Source: Mustelus asterias (Eukaryota). From it: 64,000 nt of DNA. The translations under genes were made by a program, and so were the position numbers. Positions 1-12,000 of this stretch are shown piece by piece; the first letter of the stretch is position 1, and every line of letters begins with the position of its first letter. The notes beneath the pieces were generated by a model. It had not been told where the DNA came from. It did not search any database and worked only from the letters and a program-made list of their open reading frames with translations. The stretch spans positions 21,824,001-21,888,000 of the forward strand of contig NC_135808.1 of NCBI RefSeq assembly GCF_964213995.1, given 5' to 3'.

Positions 1-3000
1 CCCTCTCTCGCTCGCTCTCTGCGCTCCTCTCTCTCTCGCTCTCTGCGCTCCTCTCTCTCTCTCGCTCTCTGCGCTCCTCTCTCTCTCGCTCTCTGCGCCT
101 CTCTCGCTCTCTGCGCCTCTCTCTCTCGCTCTCTGCGCTCCTCTCTCTCTCGCTCTCTGCGTTCCTCTCTCGCTCGCTCTCAGCGCACCTCTCTCTCTCG
201 CTCTCTGCGCTCCTCTCTCTCTCGCTCTCTGCGCGCCTCTCTCTCTCGCTCTCTGCGCACCTCTCTCTCTCGCTCTCTGCGCTCCTCTATCTCGCTCTCT
301 GCGCCCCTCTCTCACTCGCTCTCTGCGCCCCTCTCTCTCTCGCTCTCTGCGCTCCTCTCTCTCTCGCTCTCTGCGCTCCTCTCTCTCGCTCTCTGCTCCT
401 CTCTCGCTCGCTCTCTGCGCCTCCCTCGCTCTCTGCACGCCTCTCTCTCTCGCACTCTGCGCCTCTCTCGCTCGCTCTCTGCGCCTCTCTCTCTCACTCT
501 CTGCGCGCCTCTCTCGCTCACTCTCTGCTCCTCTCTCGCTCACTCTCTGCGCCTCTCTCACTCGTTCTCTGCGCGCCTCTCTCGCTCACTCTCTGCTCCT
601 CTCTTGCTCATTCTCTGCTCCTCTCTCGCTCGCTCTCTGCTCCCCTCTCTCTCGCTCTCTGCGTGCCTCTCTCTCTCTCGCTCTCTGCGCGCCTCACTCT
701 CTCGCTCTCTGAGCCTCTCTCGCACGCTCTCTGTGCCTCTCTCGCTCGCTCTCTGCGCGCCTCTCTCGCTCGCTCTCTGCGCCTCTCTCGCCCGCTCTAT
801 GCGTGCCTCTCTCGCTCGCTCTCTGCGCCTCTCTCGCCCGCTCTCTGCGTGCCTCTCTCGCTCGCTCTCTGCGCGCCTCTCTCGCTCGCTCTCTTCGCCT
901 CTCCCGCTCGCTCTCTGCGCCTCTCTCGCCCGCTCTCTGCGCGCCTCTCTCGCTCGCTCTCTGCGCCTCTCTCGCTCGCTCTCTGTGCGCCTCACTCGCT
1001 CGCTCTCTGCACCACTCTCGCCCGCTCTCTGCGCGCCTCTCTCGCTCGCTCTCTGCTCCTCTCTCGCTCGTTCTCTGCTCCTCTCTCTCTCGCTCTCTGC
1101 GCCTCTCTCGTTCGCTCTCTGCACCTCTCTCTCTCGCTCTCTGCGCGCCTCTCTCGCTCACTCTCTGCGACTCTCTCTCTCGCTCTCTGCGCCCTTCTCT
1201 CTCTCGCTCTCTGCGCCCCTCTCTCTCTCGCTCTCTGCAGCTCTCTCGCTCGCTTTCTGCGCGCCTCTCCCGCTCGCTCTCTGCGCGCCTCTCCCGCCCG
1301 CTCTCTGCGCGCCTCTCCCGCCCGCTCTCTGCGCCTCTCTCGCTCGCACTCTGCGCGCCTCTCTCGCTCGCTCTCTGCGCCTCTCTCGCTCTCTGCACCT
1401 CTCTCTCTCGCTCTCTGCGCGACTCTCTCGCTCGCTCTCAGCGCGGCTCTCTCTCTCGCTCTCTGCGCCTCTCTCGCTCGCTCTCTGCGTGCCTCTCACT
1501 CGCTCTCTGCGCCTCTCTCTCTCGCTCTCTGCGCCTCTCTCACTCGCTCTCTGCGCCTCTCTCGCACGCTCTCTGCACCCCTCTCTCTCTCGCTCTCTGC
1601 CCCTCTCTCGCTCGCTCTCTGCGCCCCTCTCTCTCTTGCTCTCTTCGCCTCTCTCGCTCGCTCTCTGCGCGCCTCTCTCTCTCGCTCTCTGCGCCCCTCT
1701 CTCGCTCGCTCTCTGCGCTCCTCTCTCTCTCGCTCTCTGCGCCTCTCTCGCTCACTCTCTGCGCCTCTCTCTCTCGCTCTCTGCGTGCCTCTCTCGCTCG
1801 CTCCCTGCGCCCCTCTCTCGCTCGCTCTCTGCGCCCCTCTCTCGCTCGCTCTCTGCGCCTCTCTCGCTCGCTCTCTGCGCCCCTCTCTCGCTCGCTCTCT
1901 GCCCCTCTCTCGCTCGCTCTCTGCGCCACTCTCTCGCTCGCTCTCTGCGCCCCTCTCTCTCTCGCTCTCTGCGACTCTCTCGCTCGCTATCTGCACCCCT
2001 CTCTCGCTCGCTCTCGGCGCGCCTCTCTCTCGCTCTCTGCGCCTCTCTCGCTTGTTCTCTGCTCGTCTGTCTCGCTCGCTCTCTGCGCCCTCTCTCTCTC
2101 GCTCTCTGCGCGCCTCTCTCTCTCACTCTCTGCACGCCTCTCTCTCTCGCTCTCTGCGCCCCTCTCTCTCTCGCTCTCTGCGCGCCTCTCTCGCTCGCTC
2201 TCTGCGCCTCTCTCGCTCGCTCTCTGCGCCTCCCTCGCTCTCTGCGCGCCTCTCTCTCTCGCTCTCTGCGCCTCTCTCGCTCACTCTCTGCGCCTCTCTC
2301 TCTCGCTCTCTGCGCGCCTCTCTCGCTCACTCTCTGCTCCTCTCTCGCTCACTCTCTGCTCCTCTCTCGCTTGCTCTCTGCTCCTCATCTCTCGCTCTCT
2401 GCGTGCCTCTCTCTCTCGCTCTCTGCGCGCCTCTCTCTCTCACTCTCTGCGCCTCTCTCGCTCGCTCTCTCTGCCTCTCTCGCTCGCTCTCTGCGCACCT
2501 CTCTCTCTCGCTCTCTGCAACTCTCTCGCTCGCTCTCTGCGCGCCTCTCTCGCTCGCTCTCTGCGCCTCTCTCACCCGCTCTCTGCGTGCCTCTCTCGCT
2601 CGCTCCCTGCGCCTCTCTCGCCCGCTCTCTGCGTGCCTCTCTCGCTCGCTCTCTGCGCCTCTCTCGCTCGCTCTCTTCGCCTCTCCCGCTCGCTCTCTGC
2701 GCCTCTCTCGCCCGCTCTCTGTGCCTCTCTCGCCCGCTCTCTGTGCGCCTCTCTCGCTCGCTCTCTGCGCCACTCTCGCCCGCTCTCTGCTCCTCTCTCG
2801 CTCGCTCTCTGCTCCTCTCTCTCGCTCTCTGCGCCTCTCTCGCTCGCTCTCTGCACCTCTCTCACTCGCTCTCTGCGCGCCTCTTTCTCTCGCTCTCTGC
2901 GCGCCTCTCTCGCTCACTCTCTGTGACTCTCTCTCTCGCTCTCTGCGCCTCTCTCGCTCGCTCTCTGCGCGCCTCTCTCGCTCGCTCTCTGCGCGCCTCT

Positions 3001-6000
3001 CTCGCTCGCTCTCTGCGCGCCTCTCTCGCTCTCTGCGCCTCTCTCTCTCGCTCTCTGCGCCCCTCTCTCTCTCGCTCTCTGCGCCCCTCTCTCTCTCGCT
3101 CTCTGCGCCCCTCTCTCTCTTGCTCTCTGCAGCTCTCTCGCTCGCTTTCTGCGCGCCTCTCCCGCTCGCTCTCTGCGTGCCTCTCCCGCCCGCTCTCTGC
3201 GCGCCTCTCCCGCCCGCTCTCTGCGCCTCTCTCGCTCGCTCTCTGCGCGCCTCTCTCGCTCGCTCTCTGCGCCTCTCTCGCTCGCTCTCTGCGCCTCTCT
3301 CGCTCGCTCTCTGCGCGACTCTCTCGCTGGCTCTCTGCGCGGCTCTCTCTATCGCTCTCTGCGCCTCTCTCGCTCGCTCTCTGCGTGCCTCTCTCTCGCT
3401 CTCTGCGCCTCTCTCGCTCGCTCTCTGCGCGTCTCTCTCGCTCTCTGCGCCCCTCTCTCTCTCGCTCTCTGTGCCTCTCTCACTTGCTCTCTGCGCCTCT
3501 CTCGCACGCTCTCTGCGCCCCTCTCTCTCTCGCTCTCTGCGCCTCTCTCGCTCGCTCTCTGCGCCCCTCTCTCTCTCGCTCTCTGCGCCCCTCTCTCGCT
3601 CGCTCTCTGCGCTCCTCTCTCTCTCGCTCTCTGCGCCTCTCTCGCTCTCTGCGCCTCTCTCTCTCGCTCTCTGCGCTCCTCTCTCTCTCGCTCTCTGCGC
3701 TCCTCTCTCGCTCGCTCTCAGCGCACCTCTCTCTCTCGCTCTCTGCGCTCCTCTATCTCGCTCTCTGCGCCCCTCTCTCACTCGCTCTCTGCACCCCTCT
3801 CTCTCTCGCTCTCTGCGCTCCTCTCTCTCTCGCTCTCTGCGCTCCTCTGTCTCGCTCTCTGCGGCTCTCTCGCTCGCTCTCTGCGCCTCCCTCGCTCTCT
3901 GCGCGCCTCTCTCTCTCGCACTCTGCGCCTCTCTCGCTCGCTCTCTGCGCCTCTCTCTCTCGCTCTCTGCGCGCCTCTCTCGCTCACTCTCTGCTCCTCT
4001 CTCGCTCACTCTCTGCGCCTCTCTCGCTCGCTTTCTGCGCGCCTCTCTCGCTCACTCTCTGCTCCTCTCTCGCTCACTCTCTGCTCCTCTCTCGCTCGCT
4101 CTCTGCTCCTCTCTCTCTCGCTCTCTGCGTGCCTCTCTCTCTCTCGCTCTCTGCGCGCCTCTCTCTCTCGCTCTCTGTGCCTCTCTCGCTCGCTCTCTGC
4201 GCGCCTCTCTCGCTCGCTCTCTGCGCCTCTCTCGCCCGCTCTATGCGTGCCTCTCTCGCTCGCTCTCTGCGCCTCTCTCGCCCGCTCTCTGCGTGCCTCT
4301 CTCGCTCGCTCTCTGTGCGCCTCTCTCGCTCGCTCTCTTCGCCTCTCTCGCCCGCTCTCTGCGCCTCTCTCGCTCGCTCTCTGTGCGCCTCACTCGCTCG
4401 CTCTCTGCACCACTCTTGCCCGCTCTCTGCGCACCTCTCTCGCTCGCTCTCTGCTCCTCTCTCGCTCGCTCTCTGCTCCTCTCTCTCTCGCTCTCTGCGC
4501 CTCTCTCGTTCGCTCTCTGCACCTCTCTCTCTCGCTCTCTGCGCGCCTCTCTCGCTCACTCTCTGCGACTCTCTCTCTCTGCGCCTCTCTCGCTCGCTCT
4601 CTGCGCCCCTCTCTCTCTCGCTCTCTGCGCCCCTCTCTCTCTCGCTCTCTGCAGCTCTCTCGCTCACTTTCTGCGCGCCTCTCCCGCTCGCTCTCTGCGC
4701 GCCTCTCCCGCCCGCTCTCTGCGCGCCTCTCCCGCCCGCTCTCTGCGCCTCTCTCGCTCGCACTCTGCGCGCCTCTCTCGCTCGCTCTCTGCGCCTCTCT
4801 CGCTCGCTCTCTGCGCCTCTCTCTCTCGCTCTCTGCGCGACTCTCTCGCTCGCTCTCTGCGCGACTCTCTCGCTCGCTCTCTGCGCGGCTCTCTCTCTCG
4901 CTCTCTGCACCTCTCTCGCTCGCTCTCTGCGTGCCTCTCTCTCGCTCTCTGCACCTCTCTCTCTCGCTCTCTGCGCCTCTCTCACTCGCTCTCTGCGCCT
5001 GTCTCGCACGCTCTCTGCACCCCTCTCTCTCTCACTCTCTGCCCCTCTCTCGCTCGCTCTCTGCGCCCCTCTCTCTCTTGCTCTCTGCGCCTCTCTCGCT
5101 CGCTCTCTGCGCCCCTCTCTCGCTCGCTCTCTGCGCTCCTCTCTCTCTCGCTCTCTGCGCCTCTCTCGCTCACTCTCTGCGCCTCTCTCTCTCGCTCTCT
5201 GCGTGCCTCTCTCGCTCGCTCTCTGCGCCCCTCTCTCGCTCTCTGCGCCCCTCTCTCGCTCGCTCTCTGCGCCTCTCTCGCTCGCTCTCTGCGCCCCTCT
5301 CTCGCTCGCTCTCTGCCCCTCTCTCGCTCGCTCTCTGCGCCACTCTCTCGCTCGCTCTCTGCGCCCCTCCCTCTCTCGCTCTCTGCGACTCTCTCGCTCG
5401 CTATCTGCACCCCTCTCTCGCTCGCTCTCTGCGCTCCTCTCTCTCGCTCTCTGCGCCTCTCTCGCTCGCTCTCTGCTCGTCTGTCTCGCTCGCTCTCTGC
5501 GCCCCTCTCTCTCTCGCTCTCTGCGCGCCTCTCTCACTCTCTGCGCGTCTCTCTCTCTCGCTCTCTGCGCCCCTCTCTCTCTCGCTCTCTGCGCGCCTCT
5601 CTCGCTCGCTCTCTGCGCCTCTCTCGCTCGCTCTCTGCGTGCCTCTCGCTCGCTCTCTGCGCCCCTCTCTCTCTCGCTCTCTGCGACTCTCTCGCTCGCT
5701 CTCTGCACGCCTCTCTCGCTCGCTCTCTGCGCGCCTCTCTCTCGCTCTCTGCGCCTCTCTCGCTCGCTCTCTGCTCGTCTGTCTCGCTCGCTCTCTGCGC
5801 CCCTCTCTCTCTCACTCTCTGCGCGCCTCTCTCTCTCACTCTCTGCGCGCCTCTCTCTCTCGCTCTCTGCGCGCCTCTCTCGCTCGCTCTCTGCGCCTCT
5901 CTCGCTCGCTCTCTGCGTGCCTCTCTCTCGCTCTCTGCGCCCCTCTCTCTCTCGCTCTCTGCGCCTCTCTTGCTCGCTCTCTGCGCCCCTCTCTCTCTCG

Positions 6001-9000
6001 CTCTCTGCGCCTCTCTCGCTCGCTCTCTGCGCCACTCTCTCGCTCTCTGCGCCTCTCTTGCTCGCTCTCTGTGCGCCTCTCTCTCTCGCTCTCTGCGCCC
6101 CTCTCTCGCTCGCTCTCTACATTCCTCTCTCTCTCGCGCTCTGTGCCTCTCTCGCTCACTCTCTGCGCCTCTCTCTCTCGCTCTCTGCGCGCCTCTCTCG
6201 CTCGCTCTCTGCGCCGCTCTCTCGCTCGCTCTCTGCGCCCCTCTCTCGCTCGCTCTCAGCGCCTCTCTCGCTCGCTCTCTGCGCCCCTCTCTCGCACGCT
6301 CTCTGCGCCTCTCCCGCTCGCTCTCTGCGCACTTCTCTCGCTCGCTCTCTGCGCCCCTCTCTCTCGCTCTCTGCGCCTCTCTCACTCGCTCTCTGCGCCC
6401 CTCTCTCGCTCGCTCTCTGCGCGCCTCTCTCTCTCACTCTCTGCGCCTCTCTCGCTCGCTCTCTGCGCCACTTTCTCTCTCGCTCTCTGCGCCTCTCTCT
6501 CTCGCTCTCTGCGCGCCTCTCTCTCTCGCTCTCTGCGCGCCTCTCTCGCTCGCTCTCTGCGCCTCTCTCTCGCTCTCTGCGCGCCTCTCTCGCTCGCTCT
6601 CTGCGCGCTTCTCTTGCTCGCTCTCTGCACGCCTCTCTCGCTCGCTCTCTGTGCCTCTCTCGCTCGCTATCTGCGCGCCTCCCTCGCTCGCTCTCTGCGC
6701 CCCTCTCTCTCTGGCTCTCTGCGCGCCTCTCTCTCTCGCTCTCTGCGCCTCTCTCGCTCGCTCTCTGCGCCTCTCTCGCTCTCTGCGCGCCTCTCTCTCT
6801 CGCTCTCTGCGCCTCTCTCGCTCGCTGTCTGCGCCTCTCTCTCTCGCTCTCTGCGTGCCTCTCTCTCTTGCTCGCTGCGCCCTTCTCTCGCTCACTCTCT
6901 GCTCCTCTCTCTCGCTCGCTCTCTGCTCCTCTCTCTCTCGCTCTCTGCATGCCTCCCTCGCTCGCTCTCTGCACCTCTCTCGCTCGCTCTCTGCTCCTCT
7001 CTCTCTCGCTCTCTGCGTGCCTCTCTTGCTCGCTCTCTGCGTGCCTCTCTTGCTCGCTCTCTGCGTGCCTCTCTCTCTCGCTCTCTGCGCGCCTCTCTCG
7101 CTCGCTCTCTGCGCCTCTCTCGATCGCTCTCTGCGCCTCTCTCGCTCGCTCTCTGCGCACCTCTCTCTCTCGCTCTCTGCGCCTCTCTCGCTCGCTGTCT
7201 GCACGCCTCTCTTGCTCGCTCTCTGCGCCTCTCTTGCCCGCTCTTTGCGTGCCTCTCTCGCTCGCTCTCTGCGCCTCTCCCGCTCGCTCTCTGCGCCTCT
7301 CTCGCCCACTCTCTGCGTGCCTCTCTCGCTCGCTCTCTGCGCACCTCTCTCGCTCGCTCTCTTCGCCTCTCCCGCTCGCTCTCTGCGCCTCTCTCGCCCG
7401 CTCTCTGCGCGCCTCTCTCGCTCGCTCTCTGCACCTCTCTCGCTCGCTCTCTGCTCCTCTCTCGCTCGCTCTCTGCGTGCCTCTCTCTCTCGCTCTCTGC
7501 CCCTCTCTCGCTCCCTCTCTGCGCGCCTCTCTCGCTCGCTCTCTGCGCCTCTCTTGCTCGCTCTCTGCGCGACTCTCTCGCTCGCTCTCTGCGCTTCTCT
7601 CGCTCGCTCTCTGCGCGCCTCTCCCGCCCGCTCTCTGCGCGCCTCTCCCGCCCGCTCTCTGCGCCTCTCTCGCTCGCACTCTGCGCGCCTCTCTCGCTCG
7701 CTCTCTGCGCCTCTCTCGCTCGCTCTCTGCGCCTCTCTCTCTCGCTCTCTGCGCGACTCTCTCGCTCGCTCTCTGCGCGACTCTCTCGCTCGCTCTCTGC
7801 GCGGCTCTCTCTCTCTGCACCTCTCTCGCTCGCTCTCTGCGTGCCTCTCTCTCGCTCTCTGCACCTCTCTCTCTCGCTCTCTGCGCCTCTCTCACTCGCT
7901 CTCTGCGCCTGTCTCGCACGCTCTCTGCACCCCTCTCTCTCTCACTCTCTGCCCCTCTCTCGCTCGCTCTCTGCGCCCCTCTCTCTCTTGCTCTCTGCGC
8001 CTCTCTCGCTCGCTCTCTGCGCCCCTCTCTCGCTCGCTCTCTGCGCTCCTCTCTCTCTCGCTCTCTGCGCCTCTCTCGCTCACTCTCTGCGCCTCTCTCT
8101 CTCGCTCTCTGCGTGCCTCTCTCGCTCGCTCTCTGCGCCCCTCTCTCGCTCTCTGCGCCCCTCTCTCGCTCGCTCTCTGCGCCTCTCTCGCTCGCTCTCT
8201 GCGCCCCTCTCTCGCTCGCTCTCTGCCCCTCTCTCGCTCGCTCTCTGCGCCACTCTCTCGCTCGCTCTCTGCGCCCCTCCCTCTCTCGCTCTCTGCGACT
8301 CTCTCGCTCGCTATCTGCACCCCTCTCTCGCTCGCTCTCTGCGCTCCTCTCTCTCGCTCTCTGCGCCTCTCTTGCTCGCTCTCTGCTCGTCTGTCTCGCT
8401 CGCTCTCTGCGCCCCTCTCTCTCTCGCTCTCTGCGCGCCTCTCTCACTCTCTGCGCGTCTCTCTCTCTCGCTCTCTGCGCCCCTCTCTCTCTCGCTCTCT
8501 GCGCGCCTCTCTCGCTCGCTCTCTGCGCCTCTCTCGCTCGCTCTCTGCGTGCCTCTCGCTCGCTCTCTGCGCCCCTCTCTCTCTCGCTCTCTGCGACTCT
8601 CTCGCTCGCTCTCTGCACGCCTCTCTCGCTCGCTCTCTGCGTGCCTCTCTCTCGCTCTCTGCGCCTCTCTCGCTCGCTCTCTGCTCGTCTGTCTCGCTCG
8701 CTCTCTGCGCCCCTCTCTCTCTCACTCTCTGCGCGCCTCTCTCTCTCACTCTCTGCGCGCCTCTCTCTCTCGCTCTCTGCGCGCCTCTCTCGCTCGCTCT
8801 CTGCGCCTCTCTCGCTCGCTCTCTGCGTGCCTCTCTCTCGCTCTCTGCGCCCCTCTCTCTCTCGCTCTCTGCGCCTCTCTTGCTCGCTCTCTGCGCCCCT
8901 CTCTCTCTCGCTCTCTGCGCCTCTCTCGCTCGCTCTCTGCGCCACTCTCTCGCTCTCTGCGCCTCTCTTGCTCGCTCTCTGTGCGCCTCTCTCTCTCGCT

Positions 9001-12000
9001 CTCTGCGCCCCTCTCTCGCTCGCTCTCTACATTCCTCTCTCTCTCGCGCTCTGTGCCTCTCTCGCTCACTCTCTGCGCCTCTCTCTCTCGCTCTCTGCGC
9101 GCCTCTCTCGCTCGCTCTCTGCGCCGCTCTCTCGCTCGCTCTCTGCGCCCCTCTCTCGCTCGCTCTCAGCGCCTCTCTCGCTCGCTCTCTGCGCCCCTCT
9201 CTCGCACGCTCTCTGCGCCTCTCCCGCTCGCTCTCTGCGCACTTCTCTCGCTCGCTCTCTGCGCCCCTCTCTCTCGCTCTCTGCGCCTCTCTCACTCGCT
9301 CTCTGCGCCCCTCTCTCGCTCGCTCTCTGCGCGCCTCTCTCTCTCACTCTCTGCGCCTCTCTCGCTCGCTCTCTGCGCCACTTTCTCTCTCGCTCTCTGC
9401 GCCTCTCTCTCTCGCTCTCTGCGCGCCTCTCTCTCTCGCTCTCTGCGCGCCTCTCTCGCTCGCTCTCTGCGCCTCTCTCTCGCTCTCTGCGCGCCTCTCT
9501 CGCTCGCTCTCTGCGCGCTTCTCTTGCTCGCTCTCTGCACGCCTCTCTCGCTCGCTCTCTGTGCCTCTCTCGCTCGCTATCTGCGCGCCTCCCTCGCTCG
9601 CTCTCTGCGCCCCTCTCTCTCTGGCTCTCTGCGCGCCTCTCTCTCTCGCTCTCTGCGCCTCTCTCGCTCGCTCTCTGCGCCTCTCTCGCTCTCTGCGCGC
9701 CTCTCTCTCTCGCTCTCTGCGCCTCTCTCGCTCGCTGTCTGCGCCTCTCTCTCTCGCTCTCTGCGTGCCTCTCTCTCTTGCTCGCTGCGCCCTTCTCTCG
9801 CTCACTCTCTGCTCCTCTCTCTCGCTCGCTCTCTGCTCCTCTCTCTCTCGCTCTCTGCATGCCTCCCTCGCTCGCTCTCTGCACCTCTCTCGCTCGCTCT
9901 CTGCTCCTCTCTCTCTCGCTCTCTGCGTGCCTCTCTTGCTCGCTCTCTGCGTGCCTCTCTTGCTCGCTCTCTGCGTGCCTCTCTCTCTCGCTCTCTGCGC
10001 GCCTCTCTCGCTCGCTCTCTGCGCCTCTCTCGATCGCTCTCTGCGCCTCTCTCGCTCGCTCTCTGCGCACCTCTCTCTCTCGCTCTCTGCGCCTCTCTCG
10101 CTCGCTCTCTGCGCCACTCTCTCGCTCTCTGCGCCTCTCTTGCTCGCTCTCTGTGCGCCTCTCTCTCTCGCTCTCTGCGCCCCTCTCTCGCTCGCTCTCT
10201 ACATTCCTCTCTCTCTCGCGCTCTGTGCCTCTCTCGCTCACTCTCTGCGCCTCTCTCTCTCGCTCTCTGCGCGCCTCTCTCGCTCGCTCTCTGCGCCGCT
10301 CTCTCGCTCGCTCTCTGCGCCCCTCTCTCGCTCGCTCTCAGCGCCTCTCTCGCTCGCTCTCTGCGCCCCTCTCTCGCACGCTCTCTGCGCCTCTCCCGCT
10401 CGCTCTCTGCGCACTTCTCTCGCTCGCTCTCTGCGCCCCTCTCTCTCGCTCTCTGCGCCTCTCTCACTCGCTCTCTGCGCCCCTCTCTCGCTCGCTCTCT
10501 GCGCGCCTCTCTCTCTCACTCTCTGCGCCTCTCTCGCTCGCTCTCTGCGCCACTTTCTCTCTCGCTCTCTGCGCCTCTCTCTCTCGCTCTCTGCGCGCCT
10601 CTCTCTCTCGCTCTCTGCGCGCCTCTCTCGCTCGCTCTCTGCGCCTCTCTCTCGCTCTCTGCGCGCCTCTCTCGCTCGCTCTCTGCGCGCTTCTCTTGCT
10701 CGCTCTCTGCACGCCTCTCTCGCTCGCTCTCTGTGCCTCTCTCGCTCGCTATCTGCGCGCCTCCCTCGCTCGCTCTCTGCGCCCCTCTCTCTCTGGCTCT
10801 CTGCGCGCCTCTCTCTCTCGCTCTCTGCGCCTCTCTCGCTCGCTCTCTGCGCCTCTCTCGCTCTCTGCGCGCCTCTCTCTCTCGCTCTCTGCGCCTCTCT
10901 CGCTCGCTGTCTGCGCCTCTCTCTCTCGCTCTCTGCGTGCCTCTCTCTCTTGCTCGCTGCGCCCTTCTCTCGCTCACTCTCTGCTCCTCTCTCTCGCTCG
11001 CTCTCTGCTCCTCTCTCTCTCGCTCTCTGCATGCCTCCCTCGCTCGCTCTCTGCACCTCTCTCGCTCGCTCTCTGCTCCTCTCTCTCTCGCTCTCTGCGT
11101 GCCTCTCTTGCTCGCTCTCTGCGTGCCTCTCTTGCTCGCTCTCTGCGTGCCTCTCTCTCTCGCTCTCTGCGCGCCTCTCTCGCTCGCTCTCTGCGCCTCT
11201 CTCGATCGCTCTCTGCGCCTCTCTCGCTCGCTCTCTGCGCACCTCTCTCTCTCGCTCTCTGCGCCTCTCTCGCTCGCTGTCTGCACGCCTCTCTTGCTCG
11301 CTCTCTGCGCCTCTCTTGCCCGCTCTTTGCGTCCCTCTCTCGCTCGCTCTCTGCGCCTCTCCCGCTCGCTCTCTGCGCCTCTCTCGCCCACTCTCTGCGT
11401 GCCTCTCTCGCTCGCTCTCTGCGCACCTCTCTCGCTCGCTCTCTTCGCCTCTCCCGCTCGCTCTCTGCGCCTCTCTCGCCCGCTCTCTGCGCGCCTCTCT
11501 CGCTCGCTCTCTGCTCCTCTCTCGCTCGCTCTCTGCGTGCCTCTCTCTCTCGCTCTCTGCCCCTCTCTCGCTCCCTCTCTGCGCGCCTCTCTCGCTCGCT
11601 CTCTGCGCCTCTCTTGCTCGCTCTCTGCGCGACTCTCTCGCTCGCTCTCTGCGCTTCTCTCGCTCGCTCTCTGCGCGCCTCTCCCGCCCGCTCTCTGCGC
11701 GCCTCTCCCGCCCGCTCTCTGCGCCTCTCTCGCTCGCACTCTGCGCGCCTCTCTCGCTCGCTCTCTGCGCCTCTCTCGCTCGCTCTCTGCGCCTCTCTCT
11801 CTCGCTCTCTGCGCGACTCTCTCGCTCGCTCTCTGCGCGACTCTCTCGCTCGCTCTCTGCGCGGCTCTCTCTCTCGCTCTCTGCACCTCTCTCGCTCGCT
11901 CTCTGCGTGCCTCTCTCTCGCTCTCTGCACCTCTCTCTCTCGCTCTCTGCGCCTCTCTCACTCGCTCTCTGCGCCTGTCTCGCACGCTCTCTGCACCCCT